From Oikopleura dioica (taxonomy: Eukaryota; Animalia; Chordata): a DNA stretch of 64,000 nt. The stretch covers positions 7,068,001-7,132,000 of the forward strand of contig OU015569.1 of the NCBI GenBank assembly GCA_907165135.1, given 5' to 3'. Position numbers and translations under genes: made by a program. Shown here piece after piece: positions 24,200 to 43,931 of this stretch. The first letter of the stretch is position 1. Each line of letters opens with the position of its first letter. The notes beneath the pieces were generated by a model. That model searched no databases and was not told the DNA's origin. It was given only the letters and a program-made list of their open reading frames with translations.

Positions 24200-24785
24200 T
24201 GCTCGATTTTATTGTATTCATTTACGTTTGTGTTTAAGGCCAATTGAAACTACTTATGCACGCTCTACAGTTTCTCAGGTTTGTACAGGAAAATTTCAAA
24301 TTTCAGCTTTCTTTCTTGTTTTTCTCCTTTTTCATGAAAATTTCACTTATTTATCCACTCCTTGCCACAAATACGCGTTTTGAAATAAGCTGCAGAAAAA
24401 ATAAACCCCTTCACGTCCAGTGGAGTACCGCTAGACAGACGCTTGCGACACACCAGTACCTGCACCACCACCCTCTCGCTCAGTAGCTCGAAGGTAACTG
24501 TCGATGTCTATCCATCTTGTCTTTAGAGAATTTCATCCGATCAGAGTTCTCTTGGGCGACTTCGTAACAGCCAACTGGAAAACCTCTACGTTACCTCAGA
24601 AGAATAACTCAACAATTTATTCCGATTTGTCCGCTACAAAACGTTTTGGACTCACGTTCTTTTTGACTGAACAATTAAATTTTAACTGAAAAAAAATTTC
24701 GCTTTTCTATCGCAAAATATGATCTCAAGCTCGCTGCTGGCAAGGAGCAATGAGTTCACGACCTTAGTAGCAAAAAAAGGCAGAG

Positions 24786-25425
24786 ATGGGGCACAAAAAC
24801 ACGAAATTGAGTAAAAAAAATGTCAAGAAAATCATGAGAGAGACAAGATGTAAGTTTTTCTTTTCATTTCATTTCGGGCACCTTATCTCTTTGAGAAACA
24901 AAATTAGTTACGAAAAAAGAAGTTCTGGACTGGTACCGGTGTTTTTTACTCGATTGTCCGACTGGGAAGCTATCCCGCTCGGAGCTTGTAAAGATATACG
25001 ATGCGCTTTTTCCCAACGGAGACCATTCAACCTTTACTGAGGCTGTTTTCCGTGCCTGCGATATTAACAACGACGAGCATATTTGCTTCTACGAGTTCAT
25101 CACAACTATGTCCGTTATGGCAAGAGGTTAGCGGCCGTAACGGGCAGTTTTTCAAAAAGTTTAAGGCACTCTGAACGAACGGCTTCAGTGGGTCTGTCAA
25201 ATTTTCGACACCGATTGCGACGGAACAATAAGCAGAGATGAGCTTGAAGAGCTGATTTTCACAATCGTAGCAATCACAGGAGGAAAAGTCTGCCGCGAGA
25301 CGGCCTGCGAGAGAGCCGAAGCAATTTGGATAAAAAGGGCTGACGACGAAATTGATGGAATTCCAGTTACTGTTCTCACAAAAATCATTATGTCTGCTCG
25401 CAAAACTCTTATTCAATCCGAGTGA
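24786..25425 (+). CDS. Neuronal calcium sensor (NCS/recoverin-hippocalcin family) EF-hand protein
   Basis: MGHKNTKLS (N-terminal Gly), FTKKEVLDWYRCFLLDCPTGKL..IYDALFPNGD, EF loops DINNDEHICFYE and DTDCDGTISRDE, RGTLNERLQW. Three exons, stop TGA at 25423-25425. Confidence 0.9.
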
Positions 25426-25517
25426 AAAGTCTGAGACCTTGCTAAATAAAAACTGTTCACAATGAAATCATAGAAGATTCCCTTGGAAAACTGCAAGTCA
25501 GAAAAGATGAAAGTAGT

Positions 25518-27301
25518 TTATTCATTCAGAAAGTTTTCTGGAAGTGTGAAAGCAGCTTGTGGAATATCTAAAATTAAAATAAGTCGTATAAAAGGGTGAA
25601 GTAATCACCTCTTTGAAGGAGTGTGTCGTGAAGAAGGCGAACGTGATTGACAAGAACTGCAACCTTGGGCCGTGCTGATAGTTTTTGTGATTGCCTGATT
25701 GCGGCGGAAACGGCAGTGGCAACTTTTTGTCTTCTGCTTTTTTCGAACAGGTCAGCAGCAGGGCTCTTACTTGGGTCGTTGTCTATCAGCAACGTAGAAA
25801 TCTAATTCACCGGTTAAATACTGCATTTGCTAACGATCTACCTTTTTAATTTGATTTATTTTCTTGAGCATAGACTCGTTGTCGCTGTTGGACTCGAGAA
25901 CAAACTCTCTTAAATGGCGTCCCTTGTCGATGAAGTCTTGCAGCGCGCTTGCAGGCAACATCCCAAACGAATGTTCCGTTTCTTTGTAGTTCTTCATCTC
26001 GGATTCTGAAATCAAGGGTTAATCTGGACTGAGCCAACTTTAAAACCACATTACCTGTACCACCGATAATCTCAACTAATTGTTGGAACTTCAGTTGAAA
26101 AACAAGCTCGTGGTTGTTTTCGAGCAAATTTGGAAAGTCGGCTGATAAGCGAGCGATCGCTTCTGTGAGCTCACCCTTGAGAATGCAGCTGACAATTCCG
26201 ATTCTTGTTTTTTTGGTAGCCTCTGCTTCAACTGCGCATTTCGTTCGCGTAGCCTAGAGATTAACGAACGCCAAATCTCATATAGTGGCTTTACCTCTTC
26301 GAACGCAGTCGCCGCTTTGGAGTAGCCTTGGTAATTTAGGTAATTTGCAATGATCGCTTGAATCTTGAGTTGGAAAGAACCATCCGTGTCGTCGATTGAG
26401 AAGTTTTTTATCTGGACAATTTGATCTCTTCTGAAATCGGCAAGATAGCTTTCAAAGTCAAATAGGAAGGGCTTTTGGCCGAAGTTAGCTTCTATCAGCT
26501 CTCCAGGGGTCTGAAGACCTACTGTTGGGTACATTGGTTTATCGGGAACTGAAAAAATCGCTTGAAACAGTGAGAGATCCGTCGCTCTTACCATCTTCAA
26601 AAACAATTCCTAGATTACTTCCATTCTTTGTAAAAAAGATAGTTCTGTTCACCATATTTATACAACAGCCAACAACATCGCCGCTCCCGTAAATTGGTCC
26701 ATATTTTTGTCCATGCGCAGACTTCGAAAATGCGTTGCCATCATCGCCATGATAACCGAAGCTGTCCTGATCCCAGCCAGGTAGACGATTGTAACCTTAA
26801 AATTAAGGATTGATAAAAACCAGGATAATTACTTCAGTACCGGGGAATTTAAACTGCTTACCTGATCTAACGACTAGTAATTACAACTGTTCAAAGGGGA
26901 ACTCTTGGTATCTTTGTATCTGTACCTCCTTGTTGCGCATTTAGCTGCTGAGACTCGTCACCATATGCAACCAATCCGATCCCAATATAGCCATCTCGGC
27001 CTTTGCTGATAACAGTTATTTCGAAGTAGTAAAGTCCACATACGGCGGGTATTTCGGTATTTGTTCGCGCTGATGCTGCATCTTTGTATCCCTTTGATCC
27101 AGGGCCTTTGTACTCAACGCGTGTTCCTTGCTGAATTATAAGCTTCGAGGAGAGTTCTTTGTGGGAAGTCCAAAACCGCGGCAGAGGCGTGACGCTCTCG
27201 TCAACGGCAGGATACAGCTTGCGCATTCTATTTCTGAACTGATCCTCGATCGACATTTCTTGAAGAGGTGGCTCCTCCGTGCACGTTTCATCCACTTCCA
27301 T
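25518..27301 (-). CDS. RANBP9: RANBP9/RANBP10 (RanBPM) SPRY-LisH-CTLH protein
   Basis: [16 protein letters not shown]...[37 protein letters not shown] (SPRY), [44 protein letters not shown] (LisH). Confidence 0.9.
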
Positions 27302-27504
27302 CAGCTTTTATCTAAAATACCTCACCATTAAAAAAAATTGTATCTGGTTAAATTACAGAACTTTGAATGAACGGAAACAGGACAGCCGGATAGAGCAGAA
27401 GAACTTGCGCTCTCCGGAGAATAACTTAAGGTCGATTTCGAGAGTCTAGTAGCAAGGGAAGTAATCTAGATAAAAGCTTGAAGCTCTACTCAAGGGCAGA
27501 GATT

Positions 27505-29088
27505 TTACTTTTTAGATTGCAAGAAAATTCTTTCTGTTTCACGCCAGTATTGCTCGGAGCTCATCTCGGCAAGTCGTGAGATTTTACGCTCAATAGCTAG
27601 AGTAGACTTATATATTTCCATAAAATCGAGAAATATTACCAAAGGCTTCTTCAGAACCAGAAAGGGTGGCTATTTTAACGCCTTCTGCTACACCCTGAAC
27701 TTGATGATCATCCATAAACATTCTCTCCTCCATAGTAAGCTCTCTATCTCCAGAGTGTGAGCTGAAATAGAGATCGTCCAGGTGAACGTCCAGTACAAGT
27801 AATAAGGCCACGTTATTATCGTAAAATTGATCAATCATAGTAATCATTCGCCGCAGTGCTGAGTTCATAACGTACAGGTCGATCCGGGGTACGTCCTTGA
27901 CGATTATCACCGAGTAATGACCAGAAAGCGCTAGTAACAAGAAATATAAGTAGAGAATGCCGGATCCTATCAATACCTAAATAATCTTGCGCGCCTAATG
28001 GTACACCTAATCCTTCCTGGCATAATTCGTCGAAAGTGAACTCAGCTACACCGCCAGTCGCTTTAGGCACACGAAGAGTATGTCCAAGCACAGTTATATT
28101 CTTATTTTCAACTTGGCTTTCGCCCTTCCCAAATTTAGAGTAGATTTTTTCGATTTGTTGCGGCAATGAAGCGTCGCCCTTGATGAGCCAAGATGGATAA
28201 TTGAAGTCAAAAACTTCAGATTTTCGGTAATCTTTTCCCGAGTCTAAATTGACGAGTTCCACTTGTGTCTTCAGCATCGGGATGAAGGGGAGGAAATTCT
28301 GTCGTTGGAGACCATGCAAGTATAAATCATCTGGGTGTCTATTCGAAGTGGCAATAACTACGATGCCTCGCCTGAAGAGAGCGGAGAAGAGGCTCTTCAT
28401 GTTCATAGCGTCGGCAATATCGGTGACCTGGAACTCGTCGAAGCAGAGAAGATGCACGTCCTCGACAATATCGTCCGCGATTTTGTCCCAGGTCTCTTTG
28501 GCGCCAAGCTGTGAGTATCTTAGCTTGTGAATGCGCTCGTGGATATCGAGCATAAAACGATTGAAATGCACCCGCTTCTTCTTGACGACCGGAGTTGTAG
28601 AATAAAACAAGTCCATCAACATGGTCTTTCCCGTGCCAACATTGCCGTAAAGATACGCTCCAGGTATGTCTGCCTCTTTAACTTCCGCTTCAGATGAGCC
28701 AGATGAGAAAAATCCGAAAAATCCACCACTAGAAGCTTCTTGAGCCTTCGCGGTGAAACTACGGAGACGATCATTCAGGTCAGATAGGGTTTAGCAATAT
28801 TTCACAATCTCGATTCCATTTGATTCAAAACTCGTTTTCGAAAAAACGTACGCGCATCTGAAAAATATGACTAAACCCTATCTTATCGAGCCTGGAGACA
28901 ACTTCTTGCTGATGCTCATCTTTGAAAATAATATTCTTAGCCGTCAGATGGTTGTATATGGCGCTGGGTCTATCAAGACCCGACTTAAGAGCTGTCTGAA
29001 TTTCAGTATCAAGTTTGCTCTGAAATTGTGCATTTGTTCGAGACGGAATCCTACGCAATGGTGAGTTCAATAGACCCTTCCGAAGCAT
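27505..29088 (-). CDS. AFG1L: AFG1-like (LACE1) mitochondrial ATPase
   Basis: Basic presequence-like N-terminus, GAYLYGNVGTGKTMLMDLFY, RVHFNRFMLDIH, LLCFDEFQVTDIADAM, ATSNRHPDDLYLHGLQR, ALRRMITMIDQFYD, terminal RKISRLAEMSSEQYW. Confidence 0.95.
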
Positions 29089-29577
29089 CTGAAGCCAATT
29101 GATTATTGCTTTTTATGCAGAGTCCTTGGGTTGACTCTCGGTTGGAAGTTTTCAGCTTGCAAAAAAAAATAACTCAACAAAAGCAATATAAATTCATTAT
29201 AAATTATTATACTGCGCGTGATGTTTAAAGCATTTTGATATTTGTTATATTCTTGAACAGATTGTCAAAATAATATTTTCAAATGAGTTTTTTCGAATAA
29301 GGCAACTGAAGACGGATTATGACTTTATGTTTGCCGGATTATCGTTGAAATAAAAGTTCTATTCACACAATGTTAGAGGCAATATTCGTTTGAAGTTCAA
29401 TTTCGTAGATGCATATTTATAAAGTCATGAGAGGTAAAATTAGGTTAAAATGAAGAACATGCTGCGAGATATGTAACATATCATATGTTTAAGCAGAATA
29501 AATATTAAGGGGAGGAAACCCCTGCTCTAAGTTTGCGATAATCGGACAGAATTTCATCTTGTTTGGGATTTCGGGTT

Positions 29578-32500
29578 TCAGGTAAACATCAGATTCAATA
29601 GGTAAAATAGGATGAAAGTGAAGAATAAGGAGTTGTTAAATAATAGTTTTGTAGCCGAGGAGCTACAACGAGACTCTGTACTGTTGTCGCTTGTATCTAG
29701 TTCTGGTAATAACACCCGTCGGATGTTGTCTTCCTTCAGATTTTTGCAGAGCGCGTCTTTTGTAATTGTTTTTTCTAAGAAAATTTCAAATATTTTGAGG
29801 TAGATTGGTAAAGTCACCTTGGGGAGTGAGCTCTGCGAGAAACCTTTCTGAAGACAGAATGTTCTCCGAGGAAGGACATGAATCCGAATTCGTGGAAGAA
29901 CAGCACGAATCTACTACTAACAGTGACAGATTCGTGTTCTTTATCTTTCTCAATGAGTACGACCGAGTAGAACACTCATCGAGATCTGTTTTCGTGCCCT
30001 AAAATAATATTGTTCACAGGTTCAGCTAAAATACACCTACTTTGTTACATAAGGCTACTCTCTTCTTTCCAAGGTCCTGACTGAAGGACTTGTTTATTTG
30101 ATACAAGGTGTATTCCTTGAAATTATACTTATATTAAAAAGTAAAAATGAGCGTACTTTCAGACAGGGACGAGCTTTGTTATACTCTGTCGTAATTTCAT
30201 CATCTTGAGATGGCTTCGATGGATTTTTGGGGTCTTCTTTGGTATTCACTGGGAACTCAAGATTATAAACTATTCCGTCTTCGTCTTGAGTCTCGATTGT
30301 TTGCACTTCAGAACATGTTGCCTAAATGGACTTTCTGACTTTTGTTGGAGACTAGAGTTCTTTGCCTGGTAATCTTTGACGCCTATTCCAATGAAAATCT
30401 TATCGTTTTTCATTGCTTGCATCACATTGGAATCAACTTGAGCCAAAGTAAATCCGGTCTCGGTTTTGTTGGCAGAAACGAACACTGTTCCATAGTCATC
30501 AAGTAGATAACACTAAACAAAATAATCAGTTAGAATTAAGGCTAGGGTGGTCGATTTGGCCCAAAGCAAGGCTCATAAACTCTGGACTTGTGAATGCCAG
30601 AGTACCCCATAATAGCTTTTAATAGAGATCTATCTTAGATCTTCTGAATTACAGAAGCTTTTTCCGTAATCCCAAGGAAAAAGCCACTTCCGGCGGCTTC
30701 AAAGTTGGCATCTCGGCTAAAATCGCGAAAATAGCCCATCTTCAGGGCTCCAAAACTCCAAAGTTTGCATAATGGTCCTATCAACTCTTACTCTTTTTAG
30801 GTTTCTTAGACCCTAATCTTAAAATTTACAGAAGCTTTTTTTTATTTGATAACTTTTTCTTAAGAATTTTTTTCAATAAACCAAGGTACCTATATTTGAC
30901 TATTCATTCCTATAAATTGCCCTTCGGGCATAGCCCAGACGCCCTCAGCCCTACCCTAAATGAATGTGCTGAATGTAAGCTTTCCAAAAATGTATCATAT
31001 GCAGCTATTTTAAAGGGTTAAAATTTCATAATATTGGGTTCACTTTCAAAATACACTAATTTTCTGCACTTTTAGTCGCGATTTCCCGGAGATCGAGTTG
31101 AGATAGCGAAAAAGTGCATGAGGAGTTTTTTGCTCCAAATTTCCTGAGGAATCCAAAAACGCGGGTCAAAAAAGAATCTGAGACTTGGTCAAAATCGACC
31201 ACCCTAGCCTTAAATGAAGAAAGTACTTACATCCTTGATATCACCGTTACAGTCTGACTCGGTCGTATTGCCCGCGTTTAAGTTTTTGCATTTGAGATTC
31301 CCAGCTAAAATTGAATGAGAAGAGAAAATACGAAAGAGAAACCTTCTTTTCTGATGAGATCAACAAGATAATCGCGTCGAATCTGGTAACCCTCTGTGAG
31401 CATAGCTACATGATGCTCCGAACTGAAATTCGGTGGTTTGAAATTTTCGCTCTCCCCCAAACTCCACGTTCTGGCGGTGAGATACTTTTCAGGATTTTTA
31501 GGATTCAGCAAATAGACGGTTGTCCCCTTCCTAAATCATCTGATAGAGAAAAATGAAAGTAAACTAAAGCTTACTTGTAGCTGGCGGCAATGCGGAATAA
31601 ACGGGAATAAGTAAACTTCTCGAAACCGATCTTGTAAGGCTCAAGAAGATCCATCGAGATCACGTCACCGGTTTTCGAGTTATCATAAAATCGAAGAAGC
31701 CCGGTTCTCGTCAAAACATAAGCAAAATCAATGACGGAAGTTACACCAGTGTTCTGTAAGTAGTCAGCCCACATTCCAGGCAAGATCGCGGTCATATGAA
31801 TGTCATAGAGAAGCGAGTCGATCATACTGTCATCACAAACATACTCGAAATTAGCCGAACCCTTTCTAGTAGAAGAAACATAGTCAAAAATGACTTGTGT
31901 CTGGTTGATTGAAGCACATCGCTGATCATCCGTGTAAACATAGTCTTGGAATTTACAAAATTCCCAGTTACCCGCAAGTTTCAGCAAATTTGAATTCACG
32001 CCATTGTAGAATTCGCAAATCAGCTGCTTTCGGTTGCTCTGCTGTCCTGGATTTCCAAGAGGTTTCGAGCATTCTTGCACAAGATTAACAGATCCTCTCG
32101 TCATCTTGTTTCTGGGTAGAAGAAGTTTCTCCGTACTCTGTGCAAACTGGAGATTTCCATTTTTCATAAGCCTCGGTTGAGCAATTCCAAGAACGAAGTT
32201 CTCGTTCAGTCCGAGGAAACTATAATCAGTGAGGACGTCCGTCGCTAATTTTCTGCAAGAAACGGTATCTGATCCGCACTCGATGATTCTTCTTGCCTCG
32301 AATCCACGTTTAATAACTCTTGTTTGCTCACTTGCTGCTGTACGTATTGCCTCAGTAATGTCCTTCTTTCGCGATGGACTTTCTCGATAAAGCTCCATCG
32401 TAATAAGAGTCATGCTTCGATAAGTTGTCTTCATAGAAACACCATCATCCTCCTTGATCTTGAGATCAGGATGCGACAAGAGTTGTCCTTTGGCATTAGT

Positions 32501-34245
32501 AATGAAGGCGTAACCATGCGGCCCGAGAATATATGGTTTTGGTAGATATTGCTCCAAAAACGACAGAGGGACGTCTGTACCAACGACACCAAGTAATCCC
32601 GTTTTGTTCGTTAGATTGTCTTTTGAATAAACCGCTTGTGTAGCAGATACTATGAGTCCATGTACTTTAAGCCCACCAATCAGACTCGAAGAATACATTG
32701 GACTCCACTGTGGCTTGGTACCATAATCCGCTTGGTTCACAAGAGGGCGGTTCATCGTATGAAAATACTCCATCACGTTGTTTTTAACATCTGCGGGAGA
32801 AGCAATATGAGTATAGTAACCTCGTCGAGAGCAGGCGATATTTTTGAGTGGCACTTGATGTTTTAAATCTTTTCCGATGAGGTAAGTAAAAACACGAATA
32901 TCATCGAAGTTTATGTTGCTATCGTTCAGCGCAATCGTAGCGTTATTGAAGGCTTCGTTGTATTCTTCGAGCGCGCCATCAGACAGCATCATGATTCCAC
33001 GCGAAGCTGGATAATAGGTATCTTGACTTTCGGAAAAGTTTTTGAAAACATTGTAAGTTTCGTTGATCGCTTTGTTGAAGTCAGCTACATTGCTTGCTTT
33101 CATTGACTGAAGTAAAACCTTCGTGAGTTTTGAAGACGAGAAAAATATGATATCTCAACGGAAAATTCTGATATGATAAAAAAATGAAACTTTTTGGATA
33201 GTGCATTTCAAAACCTTTCCTTGAATTGCTGCTTGTTAAAGTCTGTAGCTCTAACGAGGGTTCTCTCGAAGCAACTGTGAAGATAAGATGGAGTAGACTC
33301 AAAATGAATTACGTTGAAAAAGTCCTGGTCAGATAGAGAGTCAATAATAGTTCTAATTGTAAGAATAGCCAGAACTTTGCGATAGCCTTTCATCGATCCG
33401 GAAGAGTCGACCATGATGATGATTTCTTTCGGGTAATTGATGCTAGAGGCGTACCAAGACTCAAATCTGGCATCGTAGTCGATCGGACGCTTGATTTCGT
33501 CTTCAAGTTTCCATTTGAGGCCGGGGTAAAAACGAGTAAGTCCCTTGCTAGAGGCAAAATACTGCCAGCTCAAGACCTTACTGTTTTTTGCATTCTCCGT
33601 GAAAGTTTTGTCCAGACCAGTGGAATAAACAGCCGTCGTAAGAACATCGTCACTCAGCGAATACACATTGAATGGAACATGAACTGTCGACTGCTCAAAA
33701 CTAACGTTGATTTGGCCGTCTCCGAAACACTTATTCAGTGCTAAAGACTCGATATTCTGACGGATCGAGGCATAGGGATCTTCTTCTTCTAGGTTTTCAT
33801 GTGGCGTGTTTGTATAACCCGCGTTATAATAGTATTTTTTCTCGATGGGCTTTTCGACTTCTGTTTGATTGTATGTAACAGGCAACTTTTTTCTGTACAC
33901 ATCTAAAAGAGTCTTCCGCAGTTCGGTGACCCCTTGATCAGCACCAAATAAGAGCTTTCTGATTTTCTCCGAAGAGTTATCAAGAAGGTCATTGATGATA
34001 GTACGATATTCGACGATTTCAGAGACCTCGTAATTCGATTGGGGTAAGTTCACTCTGTTGCGCACTCTGTCAGGTCGCCAAGACTCATCTGTGCGTCGTC
34101 TGAAGACAGATTCTAGTTTTGGTGCGTAGTCGGATATTCCTGCAGAAAGAAGGAGACCAATATCGCGAGTCAGATTTTCACATCCTTCATCTACATCAGA
34201 CTGGGCAAACGTACACGAACACAGAGTAAGTATTACCCAGAGCAT
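29578..34245 (-). CDS. CACNA2D: Voltage-gated calcium channel alpha2delta subunit
   Basis: Signal peptide, VWA_N (STVHVPFNVY...WQYFASSKGLTRFYPG..W...YDARFESWY), VWA with MIDAS DSSGS, Cache domains (LLGVVGTDVP...GPHGYAFITNAKGQLLSHPD), and a hydrophobic GPI-like C-terminus. Confidence 0.93.
30540..31209. mobile_element. 670-bp MITE with TTAA target duplication (Kolobok-like termini), in alpha2delta intron
   Basis: TTAA (30536-30539), then GGCTAGGGTGGTCGATTT ... AAATCGACCACCCTAGCC, then TTAA (31210-31213). The TIR is 18 bp perfect, the interior is AT-rich and has no ORF. Confidence 0.9.
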
Positions 34246-34410
34246 AATTTATCTCATCTCTAAATATGAAAATGAGTGGAGGAATGTTCGTAAGCGAATT
34301 GCACAGTGTCATGTGAAGAATATTAAAGCATAATCAATGAACTTTGGAATCAACTTGGGCAGTGCGTAATCAGGATGAAAATGAAACTATTTTTTACAAG
34401 AGTACTAAAC

Positions 34411-36540
34411 TTATTCGAACTTTATGCCTTGAGCCAGTGGAAGTTGCTTGGAAAAGTTAATTGTGCATGTACTTCTTCTCATGTACTGTTTCCAGGAGTC
34501 AGATCCAGCTTCTCTGCCCCAGCCTGTCGCCTTGTTCCCCCGAAAGCGCCTCCGATCTCGGCCCCATTGGTTGGGCAGTTAACGTTTACGATGCCAGTGT
34601 CAGCACCGTTCGGTCCGAGCCACTTGAATAAGTCCGTAATGTTACTTGTGAACAATGAGGAGCTCAGGCCTGCTTCGACTTCGTTGTTCCATTCGATAAC
34701 CTTTGGAATTTCGAGTCATTCTCTGATCGAAAATTCTTTATCACCTGATCCAAATTATCAAACGGCATTACATATAAAACTGGGCAAAAGGACTCCCTCA
34801 TGACCAGTTCCGAATCGTGCGCAAGACCACTGACTATTGTTGGCTGCACATAGAAGCCATCGCTATCGATTACTTCGCCACCGTATTCGATCTTTCCACC
34901 TAATGCCTTAATAATTTATTAACAAATGTTTCAAAAGAGAGCGAATAAGAGGAGACCTATCACTCAGAGGCTGAGTCTCAGCCAGAGTTCCCAGTGTCTA
35001 ATATTAAAAGATAAAATATTCAAATCGATTCCGCAAATGAAAAGAACTTGCCTTGGCTTCTTTGACAGTCTTCTGATAGAGCTCGACGCCTCTTTTATTA
35101 TGCATCGGACCGTACATTGTATTTTCTTCGAGAGGGGACCCAATCCGCACTTTTGGGTAGGCTTTGACTAATCGCTCTAATACTGTCTGGTACAACTGGT
35201 GATGAACAAAAAGACGTCTAAGCGAAGTGCATCGCTGGCCTATTTTTGGGTTGAGAAAATAATTAGCTTCCTTTTTTATCCTCTTCGCTAAGAGGCTCAA
35301 TTACATAATTTTCGCAAGAACTGATATTTAACCCGTGATCTTGAGTGCCAACTGCAGCAAATAAAGCTGACCGAACAACCATTTCAACATCAGCATCATG
35401 ATTGATAATCGCGGCGTTGTTTCCACCAAGTTCAAGCAAAACACGACCAAATCTTCGTTGAACAGTAGCACCCACTTCTCTTCCTACAGCGGTAGAGCCA
35501 GTAAAGCTCACCAAGTTGATTCGGGAATCCTTTGCTATCGCATCTCCAATTTCCGCACCGCCGCAAACAAGCGTACAGATCGCTTTTGGAAGATTGTTCC
35601 GTTCAAACACGCGTTGGATGATATTCTATGACAATAAAAATAGCCTAAAGATAGATAGAGCGAACCTGAGTAGCAATTGTCGAGATAATGGCTGTGGGTG
35701 AGGGCTTCCAAATAACGCAATTTCCGGTTATCAAAGCTATTGCTGCGTTCCATCCATACACAGCGATTGGAAAATTAAAGGCGCTAATGACACCGACTAA
35801 TCCAAGCGGATTCCATCTCTCCTGCAAATCGTGTCCCTCACGCTCAGAGGGAAGCACTTGTCCGGGTAATTGTCTTGACATACCGACAGCATAGTCACAG
35901 ATGTCAACGAACTCTTGTACCTCGCCTCTCCCTTCAACCACAGTCTTGCCTATCTCTAGTGCTTCAAGTTTCCCCAGCAGCTCAATATACTGAACAAGTC
36001 AATCTCCTTAAATGAAGTTCTCTTTTACTTTTCGGAGCTCTTCGCCGATTTGACGGACAATCTCGCCGCGCTTCGGTGCAGGCACATTACGCCAGACTTT
36101 AAAAGCCTCTTTAGCGGCGGCAACAGTAGCATCGTAGTCGTCCTAATTAGCGTCAAATTTGGTTTAACTTTTGAAGGTAATCGAGAAAATCACCTTTGTC
36201 GCGGTGTATATCTGAGCTATCGGTCTGCCATTTATGGGAGAAATAGATGACTGCAACTCTCCGCTTCCTTTTTTCCATTCTCTCAAAAACAGGTGTCAAT
36301 AAAATCATACATTTTAAAAATATTTACAAGTGAAAAGAAAAACTCAACGCTGCCAGTCTCGCTTGTTTATCAATAGGCCAGCGCGAGCAAAGTCGCAATT
36401 ATAACTTAGGCTTTAATTTCTTTATCGATACTGTGAATATTCATGACCCCTTTCCCATCAAAGTATCCTAGCGTAGTCTGCTCGATCCCAAGCCGGCGTA
36501 GCCAGTCGTACTCTTGCTCGTCAACCAGAAACTCGCTCAT
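34411..36540 (-). CDS. ALDH7A1: Alpha-aminoadipic semialdehyde dehydrogenase (antiquitin)
   Basis: [109 protein letters not shown]. Confidence 0.96.
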
Positions 36541-37406
36541 TCTTAATTTGAAGCTATGGGTGGTTCAAGGCGGTGTAACGCGTATTTGGGAAAATCAAAA
36601 TAATAAAAGAAATGATTGTTGCATATCGAAAACGTAGCTACTTGCGAACAGAAGAAAGGTAGCTTTTGTTGATGTCGACTCTCGTGGTTTCAGTACGGAA
36701 GATGGGATTAGTACGTTGTCAAGGTTAAGAAGAGGGCCTTTCTCGAGTAAAATAAGCTATCGAGTCGGATCGAGCTACCGAGCGTGTTTAAAAATGCATT
36801 TTTATAAGGCGGAGGGCATTTGGGCACACAAGGGACAACTGCGACATCGCGTTGGTAGTTTTGCATTACCCTAGTGATTCAGATTTCTCACCAGGGCGGT
36901 TTAGCTTTGAACATTCAAGCACTCCCCTTGAAGAATCAAGGGGCGATAAATCATTTATGCATCTGCGCTTGAGCTAAGGAAATACTGTGCGTTGTCGAAA
37001 TCGTCCAATTTTTTATCCGTAGTTTGGCTTTTTAAAACTTTAGGTGACATGAACGAGAATGCCAATCGATAAGAGCATACGAGTGTTGAACTTTTTTCTT
37101 TGAACTTTTAATCATACCAAAAGTCCTAGTACTTTTAAAGATAAATTATCAAGTGGCTCGGTGTCTTTTTTATTATTTTGTGCTCGTGAGGACAGTACGT
37201 TACGGGGGTATTTTGTGCGCGTTCTAAGTTGAGAAGAAATGCACAGAGGAAACTTAAAGGCCAATAGATGAGGTAAATATAAGTTGAAGCGAGTGAACTG
37301 ATACAGGATGTGAAGTGAATGTGTTGAAGTGAGAAAGAAGTGAAGAAGGTGAGGACTCAAAGACTGCAAAGTGCAAGTTCTGGTGCTTATTTTCACAGGT
37401 CAATAT

Positions 37407-43709
<6,303 letters not shown>

Positions 43710-43931
43710 CAACCGAATTTGTTCATGCCTAAAAAATAAAACTCGTAAACTGATGTTAAGTAGACAAAAACAAGCTGACGTTTTGCGAAGTTCTAGAAAC
43801 GGAACTATTTTTTGAAGTGAAAAAGATTATTGCACATTTCGTTAAAATCGAGTAAATCGATAACGGTAGGGATAGAATTATGAAGCAGTGGACAGTTCCA
43901 TCAAGAGATATTCTACAGAAAGTGGATATTT

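Noticed and set aside
37290-37350. GTGAA-rich repeat
   Set aside because: It is a short, irregular low-complexity tract in the MRCK 3' region with no periodic structure.
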